A stretch of 64,000 nucleotides of DNA from Perkinsus olseni (taxonomy: Eukaryota), in contig JABANN010000015.1 in NCBI GenBank assembly GCA_013115125.1, positions 62,001 to 126,000 on the forward strand. The letters are read 5' to 3'. A program made the position numbers and the translations under genes. Numbering within the stretch: the first letter of the stretch is position 1; the number at the start of each line of letters is the position of its first letter. This document shows positions 25,865 through 36,652 of the stretch, one piece after another. The notes beneath the pieces were generated by a model. That model did not search any database. It saw only the letters and a program-made list of their open reading frames with translations, and had not been told where the DNA came from.

Positions 25865-26630
25865 ATGATGAGCGACCGCTTGTCTCAGGAGGAGAATGCC
25901 GAGTTACGACGACAACTGAGCAGGCTCGAAGAAGAGGTGGAGGAGCTACGAGCTGAGCTCGATGTTAAGAACCGTCTGCTGGCTAACGCTGATATCAGTA
26001 GAAGTGATGGTGAACGGACGGCGCGAAACACGCCCAATTCTGCCGGGTTGGCAAATAACTCGAGCTATGGTGAGAGAACGGCAGCAACGCCATTACTCTG
26101 CTGTCATCAGTGCGGCTTGCTGGCTTCTCGACTCGGCTGCATGGGGGTTATTACTTTCTCTTCCTGTTCAGAATCCATCGGTGATATCCAGAATCATCTG
26201 TCCATGGGTGAATAGTCTCCGCCGAGCTCTCTTTCTCGCGCCCGTAATGCTCCATCATGACCAGCCATGAAGGAAGCGTCGTTGTTGTTTGGCTTTTGTG
26301 CATTGCTACGTTGAAGACAGGCGCCGAGTTGTCAGTTATTCAATTCACTGGTGATGGCAGTGGTGCCGCGTCCTTTACGATTTCGCCTGAGGATGTTCCC
26401 TGTTGCAGTTCCTCGCTCGTTTCCCCGATACGCTACTCTCCCATTGGAGGTTTCGAGGGGAGACCCCGGCCGCTCCCCGCCAGCGGTCTTATAAGGTTCC
26501 CAAGGCTCATAGGATTTCAAAATTTCCCACCTTCAAGTCGAAAATTGAGTGTCTGAGATACCGTGTGGACGAACCATTTCAAATCCGGCCGATACCGGGA
26601 CCGGTCGGAGAATACGTTCCATCTTATCCA
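25865..26630 (+). CDS. Hypothetical coiled-coil protein
   Basis: EENAELRRQLSRLEEEVEELRAELDVKNRLL. Further exons are likely. Confidence 0.45.
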
Positions 26631-26714
26631 GGTGAATTTTTAGTATCGTCTACCGCCTCGGGCCTGAGGGAGCCTGGATGCTCTTTTTGCAGCCTTTCTA
26701 TCCCCTTCTCCGCG

Positions 26715-27554
26715 ATGGTTCAAGAGATCACGTCTTTTGTTGGGATGGAGGAGGTCACTACAGATCTGGTGGGCCCTCCACGCACTTCGGCTTCACACTG
26801 TGCTGACGTCGGTACTGGACACGGCGTCGATGTATCATCCGCTGCCAGTGCTGAATGTGTCTCCTGCAGGTCCGCCAAATTCTGCAGGCAACTATCAAAA
26901 CGGATGATGAGTATGAAGCTAAGAAGGCGCAGGAGTGGGCGGACCAGATAGGGCTGAAAGTGATCGCCAAGTTGAAGGTGAGAGAAGCTGCGTATACAGG
27001 CTGCTCCCCTGCTGGCAAGATCGTTCCTCGTCGCCCACGAATGACGCGGCAATCCTACGGACCATCGCGCGCTCTGTGTTCGTGAATGACTGCCGAGTGG
27101 TGTGTCACTTGTTGTCGTTTGCGACCGATTTGTTGTGGTCAGAGTCTGACCGTCAGACTGTTTCAGTCGAATGCCGCGGATGGTTTCTGCAGCAACGGAC
27201 GAGTCAATCTGTCGTGTGTTTGTGTTGTTGATAGCCGTTGGTCATTCCCCACCTGAGAATGCCTCGCCGTTCACTGTCTCTTAGGAAGCCAGTGACAACT
27301 TCAAGTACATAGTGTCAGTGACAATTCAAGAGAAGGGGGCCGGGTAGTCGTGCACCATGACCCTCATACCCATCGTGTTCGCTCCAGATTGCACCACTCT
27401 GCTACTTGTCACTGGGACCCTACTGCCGACGGCTCCGTCACAGTGAGAGAGCGCACGCCGTCGATACGGTTGTACGCCCTGGGTTTGCCAGGTACGCTGG
27501 GATCAAGCTTCGAACATGGACGTCGTGATAACGGTATTCGCCCTGGCTCTGTAA
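26715..27554 (+). CDS. DYNLT: Dynein light chain Tctex-1 family
   Basis: VRQILQATIKTDDEYEAKKAQEWADQIGLKVIAKLK|..FKYIVSVTIQEKGAG|LHHSATCHWDPTADGSVTV|RWDQASNMDVVITVFALAL*. Confidence 0.9.
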
Positions 27555-27699
27555 ACAGACCGAATGCTTTGCGTTGCTGGTAGTGTTAGTGATCATGAAT
27601 CATCGCCGAGGCTCGGGAAGACGCAGCCGAAAAAACAAACTACAGCTGGGAAGGCGTTTCTGGGAGTTTGCTCTTTCTCGAGAATGAGCGGACAGCCTC

Positions 27700-29509
27700 C
27701 CAGTATCCGCTGCCGGAGAGTCACCGGTCGATCACCGTGTAGACGTTCCATGAGAAAAGGTGAAGGTGCCGACCTCGGGCATCAAGTTTTGAAGGGCGTT
27801 GTCGGACGGCACAGAGCCGAACTGGTGCGTGGAAGAATCCCTGCATTCTTCACGTTGAACGCAGTCGACGAGCTCGACTGGAATGTTTCATCTTTGGGCT
27901 CTTCTTCGAGGGCACAGAGAGCATGCTACCTCGTGTCCTGCTTCGGAATCAGTGGCTCTATCTTTTAAGGTTGACGGATGTAAGAGGACAATCGATCTGA
28001 CTGATTCTAGGACCCCGATAAGGCATGGTGAACCAAACTCTCCTACCAACAATTTCGGGCGAATTTCTCTCTACCGCTTAGATGGTAACGGCCTGGTGTC
28101 GGAGATTGACGAGGCGATCGGACGAGCAACAGCGACACTCGATCGGCTACGAGGTGCCCTCGAAGGTCACGGAGAGCCTGTTGGTCTCCATTCTTTACCA
28201 GTGTCAGAGAGTCGGCAACAAGACGAGGCATTACACCTTCTTAAGGCAGTGAAGCGGATACTCATCAGACCGTCATTCCATCATCTACGAAGATCTCCGA
28301 ATGCTCGGGAGAAGGTGTGATACAATCTATTGTAGCCCAGCGAGCCTCGCTGCCTTCCACAGGCTCGCGGCCCATCTTCGGAAGGTGTCAGAGAGGCTCT
28401 TTGCAAGAGATCAGCAGCTCTGTCTATGGGCTTGTGGATTGAAGGAGAGGTGTAAACCGCTGTTCTTTCAAAGCTGCTGGCGCCGCGATTCGTATTCTCA
28501 AACTATATCTGATTCCTCTCATATCATGATACTAGCTCCCTATTCTCATCGTCGGGAGAGGGATAAAAGGTGACTCAGAAAACACCACCACCTTTCATTG
28601 CTCCCGAGTATGCGAGTGGCCCATCCACACGATTCAGAGAGGGACAGAAGGTCGCCCAGTTTTCCATCGCTCTAGCTTGCCGTAACGCCCACTGTTGTTG
28701 AGCAATCAAGCACTCTCACGCAAAGTCATATTCCATTCATATTCGTGTTTGCATCGCTACACTCTGCAATCCCTATCTTCGTGATGACTCGTAACGCTAC
28801 TTCGAGAGCTCCACCTCCGCTCGGCCAACAGATACGCTGTCTCCAGTGGCGGGCGTTCAGTTTGTGGAGAATCTTCGTTTGCCGAAGCATCATATGGCAG
28901 TCGCAGGCCAATGCTTCTGCGACCACGGCTCATGCTCAGCAGCTTGCGTAGTGTCACCATTCGTTTCACCGTCTCGTCATGATTAAACTTCAGCGGAAGC
29001 CTCCAGCACAGCCACACTTCTAGAGTATTGGACTACCAACGGTTGCAGGTGATGCAGAGGAAGGTGAGGGGTTCAACGACTTGCCACCGTGGACAAGCTC
29101 CTCCCTGTTGACCCTTTTGAACTGAGTAGGTATCAGTGTCACTCGGGGTCATCTGGCTCTACGATGTAGCCATAAGAGTGCATCATACGAACGAGTGGCG
29201 AGACGCTTTACAGCGATGGAAGCAGACCGTAGAGGGTGCAAGGAGAATCGATGCTCTGCAAGGGCAGTACAGGTGAGCAGTCCTCGCCCAAGTAATTCTC
29301 TCGTCAGCTGAATATCTATCAGGTTGTGTGCTTCTCTCGAGCGTGCCGCGCGGAGATCACTGGCGGCGGGCTTCTCGAAGATGGTGTACTTTCGGATGAG
29401 CAGCGCGATGGAGGAAGAGCTCAACTCGACAATTGAGAGGCTGCTTGCCGTGAGCCAGGGCGAGGCCACCTTCCGAAGATGCTTACCTTGCTCTCTGACC
29501 CATCATTGA
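27700..29509 (+). CDS. Hypothetical spliced protein(s)
   Basis: Plus-strand open segments 27883-28320, 28745-28951 and 29324-29509. No family recognised. Confidence 0.3.
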
Positions 29510-30192
29510 GCCTCTCGCGGCTGGATTCTCCTACGAAACAGGCCTTTGAGTTCAAAAAGATGTGGTATCGGCTATGTGCCTCAGGTTGCCATTCCAATTA
29601 CAGCAGCAGTGCACACCCTCAACGACTTCGGAGTTGCTGTTGAACCTCCCAGAGCCCCAAGACGACACCGATCGTGATACATTCTAACATGTGATTGGCC
29701 AACCCACGCCAACTTGAGTCCGTTGGTGAACACTTCCTTTCAATCTTTGTGTTTCCACAATCGCTAGTAAGTGCAACATCAGGAGCACTCTGTTACACAG
29801 ACAAGAGAGGGCAACCAGAGGGATATGGACCCTCTGTATGGGATGAAAGTCGACAGCTTAAAGTTCGCACTATCGACTTTCACACTGTGACAATCTGGTT
29901 TCAGACTGTTCTCGCGACGGCTATTGAATGGGCATCATCCAGTACTCAACAAAAGCCCGCTCAGTCACAATAACATCAACAACATCGATATGCACAACAT
30001 AAAATGCAGTGGACTGTCAAGTCCATGATTGACTCGAGCACAGTCGAAGAACGGGGACTGTGATTCTCTTGTTGCATTGCCATCATCAGCCCTATCGCGT
30101 AATAGTCACACAGCCAAGTTAAAGCGCTTCTTGTAGACACCTTCTGCAAGTTAAGAATCTCCTCTCGATACAAGGGCGGTGTCGAGACACAA

Positions 30193-32790
30193 TCATTCAA
30201 GAAACTTTGAGAGGGTTTCGTCGAGCGGCCATAGGCCTAATCCAGAATTCCCATCCGCTGCACTGCCAGAGGCCCCCCATGGCCCAGCTGTATTCTCACG
30301 GTTTTCTTTCTCGTCAATAGTATTCTCGCTGTAAGAACCGCGAGAGAGCGGCGAATACGTGCTCGCCGGCGGGTAAGAGTCTCCTTCCGTCCACGATAAG
30401 TCCAAGTCGGGTACTGTAGCCAACTGTGTTGCAAGGTCTAAGACCTCATCATCATCCAAGAGCCACTCTGGGAACAAGTCGCTGCTATCAGCTGCGACAA
30501 TCCCCGCGATGTCATCGCTAGGCTCTTCTTCGGCTGGGTTCACCTGTTCCTGATCCGCGGAACCATCGGGTGGCGAGGAGGCTTCGCTGCCGACTACACC
30601 ATTATTCGCGTTGCTCTCTGGTCTGGCGAGATAGAAGGTGTTCTCAAACTGAGCCCGCCTGTGTTCGGTTTTCACGAATCCTATACCCACTAGGAGCCTC
30701 GGTGGATCGAGACAGAAAGCGAGGAACGAAGATGTCCGATTTTCATCCATGGCAGTGTAGAGGTCTCGCAGGAAATCCTTGACTGAACTTTTCTCCAGGA
30801 AATGGAAACATCGTTTTGCTCCGGTCTCGTGGAGCCCGTATTTTTCGAGACTGTGCTGTCTGGCGAACCATCGGCTGTGCCAAACCAAGGGGATGCCTTC
30901 TTTCATGCGGACCACCTCACCATCCGCAATGGCGTTTACGGTGGCTACCTGCCGACCACCGTCCTTCCAGACTGTCATGTGGAAATCGTCAAGCAGTGGG
31001 AGAGTGGGGCACACTCCACTTACGTCCGGTACAATAGCCTTGTACGTTCCAGATGGAACTTCGGAATAAACAACTGGATCAAGCGATACTCTGGCCGGTT
31101 TTCCCTCGGCCGTCTGAGACTCGAAAGGCCCTTCGAGTAAGAAAGAATGCTCAGCACCAACAACATGACCTCCCTCCCATTCTGGTCCGAGCACGACCAC
31201 CAAGCCCGTTGAATTACTGGAGAGCGCGATCTTTGCAGCGGCCCTGCTAGGCTCCTGCATCTGCAAAGCACTGTAAAGATCACGTATGAACTTCCCAGCT
31301 GCACTTATCCCGTGACCTCTATTTGCCTTGAACAGAAAGCATCGTCCCGCTGTCTCGGGAAGACCACGCGAGTTATCGTCGCCATCGCTGCTCCAAACCA
31401 AAGATGATTTCCCCCTCATATTGATACGCAGGCTGTCGACTTGCGCATTCACAGTAGCCACTTGTTGCCCATCACTTTGAGATACTTCGACTTCAAATTC
31501 GGTGAGCATCGGAAGACTGGGGCACACTCCGCCCTGTCTCTTTGCTCTGTACGTCCCTGACGCCAGCTGCTCTTCCACCACAGGGCTGTACTTCTTTATA
31601 CAACGCCTCTTCGCAGGGCCCGCCGACCCGGGTGAGCCTTTCCTTTTCCGAGCCGAAGAACTCATGTGTTTCGGGGTATCTAAACCGCCGGCAATTTCAC
31701 CAACTGTGTTCATCAAGGGCCCTTCGAGGAAGATACTGTTCCTGTAAAAAACGAGATGACCACCTTTTTGCCGCTCGGGCCTTATGCCAATAAAAACGAC
31801 GGAAGAAGTTTCACAGATGACTAGATGATGCCCCTGCCCCTGCGGCATGGGCTCACCCATAGCACGGTGAAGATTACACACAAACATGAAACCCTCATTT
31901 CCGACAGCATAAAAACACCCTCTGGGTTTCTCGTCGGGGAGTCCGTACTGCTTGAGGTTCAGCCGTCTCTCGAAATGAGTGGTAGAACGTGACAGAGGAA
32001 CCCCTTCGGCCATCCCAAACGACTTGTTTGCGACTGTCGTGCCAAGTTTCGCCACTTGTTGCCCACTGTCATTCCAGATTTCCATGTCAAAGCTAGTAAG
32101 CAGCGGGACAGAGGACCACACTTCGCCTGTGTCCCGCCGTGCTACCCTGTATCTCCCTGAAGGCAGTTTATATTCCCAAGCCGGCGCGCTTGGCAATGAA
32201 GGCGGCCCTTCCTCCGTGGCATTGAGTGGTGCGCGCAGTAGGAAGGAGTTTTCGAAGCCAGTGACAACACCTTTATTCTTCACAAGCCCAATGCCGACCA
32301 TCAGGCCCGATCTAGTCTTGCAAAAAGCTAGTTGTGAGGCGGCTTTCGTGGGCGCGTCCTTACCCAGGATGAAGTACACAGCGCGCATGAACTTGCCGGC
32401 TTCGCTGAGCCCCCAGGCCGAATTCGACTTGAATTGGAAACAGGTCTTCTCTGTATCGGTGAAGTCATGCGGTTTAATGCTCATACCGGAGGAGTGGAAT
32501 TCGGCCTTCCACAACAAGTGGCACTTATTCTCCATGACGACACGGTGACCATCGACAATAGCACTCGCGATGGCTGTGGATTGGCCACCACTTTCGGAGA
32601 CTTCCAAACTGAACGTAGTGAGCAAAGGAAGAGTAGGGCAGAGCTGTTGTGAGCTCTCTGTCGACGCCCAGTACGTTCCAGTAGGTAGCTCGTGTAGCAG
32701 AACCGGGACATCCTTTACCTTGGGAGCCGCAGTAAAGGGAACTCGGCCCAGCAGCAGCAGCAGCAGCACTATTGAGGTGGACCGCGCCAT
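30193..32790 (-). CDS. Intronless predicted secreted protein (~865 aa) with four internal repeats
   Basis: 891-aa ORF. The second Met (32790) starts a signal-peptide-like MARSTSIVLLLLLLGRVPFTAA. Repeats begin ELPTGTY, KLPSGRY, QLASGTY and EVPSGTY. Confidence 0.88.
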   Translation of the reverse strand: MARSTSIVLLLLLLGRVPFTAAPKVKDVPVLLHELPTGTYWASTESSQQLCPTLPLLTTFSLEVSESGGQSTAIASAIVDGHRVVMENKCHLLWKAEFHSSGMSIKPHDFTDTEKTCFQFKSNSAWGLSEAGKFMRAVYFILGKDAPTKAASQLAFCKTRSGLMVGIGLVKNKGVVTGFENSFLLRAPLNATEEGPPSLPSAPAWEYKLPSGRYRVARRDTGEVWSSVPLLTSFDMEIWNDSGQQVAKLGTTVANKSFGMAEGVPLSRSTTHFERRLNLKQYGLPDEKPRGCFYAVGNEGFMFVCNLHRAMGEPMPQGQGHHLVICETSSVVFIGIRPERQKGGHLVFYRNSIFLEGPLMNTVGEIAGGLDTPKHMSSSARKRKGSPGSAGPAKRRCIKKYSPVVEEQLASGTYRAKRQGGVCPSLPMLTEFEVEVSQSDGQQVATVNAQVDSLRINMRGKSSLVWSSDGDDNSRGLPETAGRCFLFKANRGHGISAAGKFIRDLYSALQMQEPSRAAAKIALSSNSTGLVVVLGPEWEGGHVVGAEHSFLLEGPFESQTAEGKPARVSLDPVVYSEVPSGTYKAIVPDVSGVCPTLPLLDDFHMTVWKDGGRQVATVNAIADGEVVRMKEGIPLVWHSRWFARQHSLEKYGLHETGAKRCFHFLEKSSVKDFLRDLYTAMDENRTSSFLAFCLDPPRLLVGIGFVKTEHRRAQFENTFYLARPESNANNGVVGSEASSPPDGSADQEQVNPAEEEPSDDIAGIVAADSSDLFPEWLLDDDEVLDLATQLATVPDLDLSWTEGDSYPPASTYSPLSRGSYSENTIDEKENRENTAGPWGASGSAADGNSGLGLWPLDETLSKFLE

Positions 32791-33568
32791 AGGAGATCGG
32801 CGAGGGATGGAAAGGCTGTGCCAAGCAGAATGGTCAAGCCCTGGTGACTCGATTCGAACGTGAACCATGGAAATTACTCCGCGCGGTAGCCAAGGTCTGA
32901 GAATCTGCGCGCCTCAATAATCCGCACGCGCTTTCAAGGTCGGACTGACTGGAGATAACCTTGAACACTTGCACGGCCTCGAGTTTCCTCAACGCTGTTT
33001 AACGTCGCACTGGTTCATAAACGAGGTATCAGCAAACAGCGATCGTTCGTGGTGCACGATGGGGCCTCTGCCTTCCACGTTGCGAGTAGGCCGCACAACA
33101 CACCTCGCGTAATGATTTTCTCCTTCATCCCACTCATTTGTGTTTAACCGCGCACGCCATTCTAATCGATTACGGCGAACAGGTGTTGCGAGGGTCTCCC
33201 GACTTGCGTATTCTACGGGCCGTTCACGTCCGTCGGTACAGGTGCTTACTAGCCCCGTGACAGAGTATCAGATGCCCCATCTTGGACGTTGTCGGATGAT
33301 CGCTGGCCTCTCCGCCCGGGAAAGCAGTAAAGGGCCTCTAGGGGCGTTGTGCTAGTTGTCTCTCTCTGAGTTCGGGTTCGTTAGAGATTCTCTAACCAGC
33401 ACTCAAGAACCGCTGTATGGCAGTGGGCGTCTGAGCACAGTCTGCGACTTGCGGGGACCCTGTCGTATCGCCCTGCTTTGCCTCGTCGATGGGTCTCTGT
33501 CAAAGGGGGCGGTCGGTCTTCTGTACGTCGTTGCAGCAGTAGTTAGAATCCTCTGCTACCACCCTTGA

Positions 33569-34309
33569 ATGGCTGAGCATCTTGCCCGAATCTTCGGTAC
33601 CGAAGAGGACCGTGTCAACTGCCCCTTCTACTTCAAGATCGGTACATGTCGCCACGGTGATCAGTGCTCTCGACAGCATAATAGGCCGGTCTCTAGTCAG
33701 ACCGTTCTCCTCAAGGGGATGTATCAGGTAAGCTGGGCCTTCCCTCCTTCCGCAGGATGATACCCAGCACCCTTTCAGAACCCTCCGGCTGCCATCGCTC
33801 TGGCCGAGGGCCAGGACGTCCCCGATGAGCAGGCTGATGCCGCTCAGGAGCACTTCGAAGCCTTCTATGAGGAGGTCTTCCTGGAGCTCGCTAATTATGG
33901 TAAGTGACGACTCGGTACCACGGTGGCGTGGCAAGAGTTTTTCATCGCGCAAATATGAGTTGCAGTGCTCCGGTGGCACTCAGTTCTCTGACCGTTTCCG
34001 TTCCTCTTCAGGAGAGATCGAGGATCTTGCTGTCGTTGACAATATAGGAGACCATATGATCGGGAACGTCTATGTGAAATACGTTAAAGAAGAGAGCGCG
34101 GAGATGTGTATACAGAAATTAACCGGGAGGTGAGCCGCATCACGCCCGCCAGTGATTTCGTTGGTCGAGAATCTATCAGGTTTTACGGTGGTCGTATCAT
34201 ACAACCTGAGTACTCTCCTGTAACGGACTTCAGCGAGGCCAGGTAGTGGCTTGTTGTTCGCATTCTCCTTCTCCTATTGTTGTCCGATTATTGGGGTAAG
34301 ATTGGTTTC

Positions 34310-34358
<49 letters not shown>

Positions 34359-34892
34359 AAGTATTAGCAGCTCGTAGTGGAAATCACTATGAGGATCTGC
34401 ATGTCAGGCATGTCATACAGGTGCCGTCAATTTGATGATGCCCAGTGCTCTCGAGGTGGCTTCTGCAATTTCATACATTGGAAACACGTCCCTAGGAAGT
34501 TGAGGAGGTGATGATAGACAGCCTCTCCTACCCCTTCTCTCATTGACGTCGTTTCAGGAGGCTGTACCGCAAGATGTACGAACAGCATCCGGAGTACCGC
34601 AGTCGCTCGAGATCTAGATCGAGGGAGCGCCGCCGTTCCAGGAGTAAGGGGTGGCTTTTGCCAGGTCTCTTTTGCATTGCGCTGCTTCTTCTCAGGTCGT
34701 GACCGTGGGCATCGTAGCCATCATCACCATGGTGACCGCGATCGCCATGACCGTGGTGATCGTGGTGACAGGGGTGACAGAGGTCGTGACCGTGGTCGTG
34801 AGAGGCAGACCTCAGAAGAACGTCGTGCTATGATCGATCAGTGGAATCGTGAGGCCGAAGCTCAGGGCGGCATCGATCAGGCTCAGCTTTAA
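33569..34892 (+). CDS. U2AF1: Splicing factor U2AF small subunit (U2AF35)
   Basis: [53 protein letters not shown], second [23 protein letters not shown] tail. Confidence 0.97.
34310..34358. repeat. (TAG)~16 microsatellite in a U2AF35 intron
   Basis: Perfect agtagtagt... tract. Confidence 0.95.
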
Positions 34893-35014
34893 GGGCGTTA
34901 AACGTGAAGCAACGCGATAGTGGTTTCCCTCCAGCTGTGTAAAAGGAGATTGCTGGTCATAAACGAGAAATGTTGCGTTGTTGGGACCTTCCTTAGTACC
35001 ATTTTATCAACGGC

Positions 35015-36570
35015 TCAGCGGATGCTGTGCCTCTTGTACTGGTAACCTACCGATTTCGGGGTACCCTCAAGGTCGGACGAAACTCTGAGCGAGGGCTGCT
35101 GGGGGGAACCATAAAGCTCGGCGGGCGACCCGTACCCGGGTAAATCGATGGCGTGACCATTCTTCTGTGAGCTTCTCAGTATGAGGATCTGCTTTAACTT
35201 ACGATATCGGTGCGCGATCCTAATGCGGTGGATGTGGGCTACCACCATCACATTGATCAGGGCACAGTAACTATATTGACGACGGGATGGAAGATGCGCA
35301 TCACTCTCAGGCTGAACTTAGCTGAGAATCTAAGTGCTTTCACAGGCGTACTTTGGGTTCGCCTCCGTGGTCAGTGATGATGATAAACTGCTGAGAACTT
35401 GAGCTAGCAGTTCGTAATTGATTTCCGTACGGACCACGTCTTTATCATCTTGGTCTGCTGCGTTGGTCTCTATAGGAATCAAGAGTCGCATCACTGAGAG
35501 AACCACATACCGGATGGTGGATAATATTCGGTCGGCATAGCATCATCTCCCTCTACTCCGTAGAGCTGCTGGGGCCCAGGACGCTCAATAACGACAGTGC
35601 TCGATTGCCAGCAACCGGCGCTGGTCCATTTGTATTTGTCTTTAGTGAAAGGTGTTTCACTGTGATTTTCGGTTCACGAGGGGTCGATTCCAAAGGGTGG
35701 GGGTCACGAGGCCGCCATGCGAATGCAAGGGGAGTTGAACAGTCGGACAGAAAATCGCGGCTGAGCGGAGGGGCTCCTTGGAGGTCCTTCCGCGTTGTAA
35801 TTCTGGCTGCACACCTCGAGGATCTATCAAACTCCGGCGTCGCATTTTCTATGATATCGAGCCTTTCTGGCCCAATTTTCATTGTCAAACACTCATCTCT
35901 CGCCGGTGGCACCACGAGCAAAGTCACTCACACGGTGTGAGTGACTTTGCTGAGTCACACCGCAGTGAAACACCCCTAATATTCTGCGTGAATACAAGTG
36001 CATTTAGTATCGCCAGCTGTTACCGTATAGCCACAACACTACTCTACGGCACGCCGTTGCAGCCGCGATACCCCCACCCTTCTCGGGAACGGCCCAATAG
36101 TATTCCTCAACCTTCCCTCCTATAACTGTTCCGACAGGACACACATTTCGCCCTCCTAGTCGCTATACCGCATGATTCGATCCACCGCTTTGAAGGCGGC
36201 CCGGCTTCGAGTTTTTCGAGTGAGTAGTGAGTCGGTACACTCTAGCCGAGTCGAAGTCGCCAAACAGCCAACCCCCACGTTACGAGCCAAACACCATCCC
36301 AGAAATGATTGTTAATGAACGGTCGCCACTAGCGAACTCAAGACACTTCGGTGGGAAAGGAGCAACTGGCGGGAACAAACTGCCTGAATAAACTTGGTCA
36401 GAAGTGTTAGTAGTAGTAGTCGTGAATGGAGGGTCAATCACCAACGGCATTGATAACACCCTCGGATTCGTGATGCCGCAGCAGAACAACTGCCTCCTCA
36501 AATGGGAGGCAAATTCAGCGCGCGCGCCGTCATCACCACTGTAATTGTCTTTACTAGCCCGGAACAACGG
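35015..36570 (-). CDS. Hypothetical spliced protein
   Basis: Minus-strand exons including ORF 35553-35927 and NAADQDDKDVVRTEINYELLAQVL (~35355-35470). Confidence 0.45.
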
Positions 36571-36652
36571 GCTTCGCTACTACTAGTCGACCGACGCCGA
36601 CACAGCTACGACTCCTCAGTGCAAACTATAAAAGTATAATAACGAACATCAT

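Noticed and set aside
35370-35460. TGATGA and a hairpin resembling a C/D snoRNA
   Set aside because: The opposite strand is a clean exon (ADQDDKDVVRTEINYELLAQVL), and there is no properly placed terminal D box.
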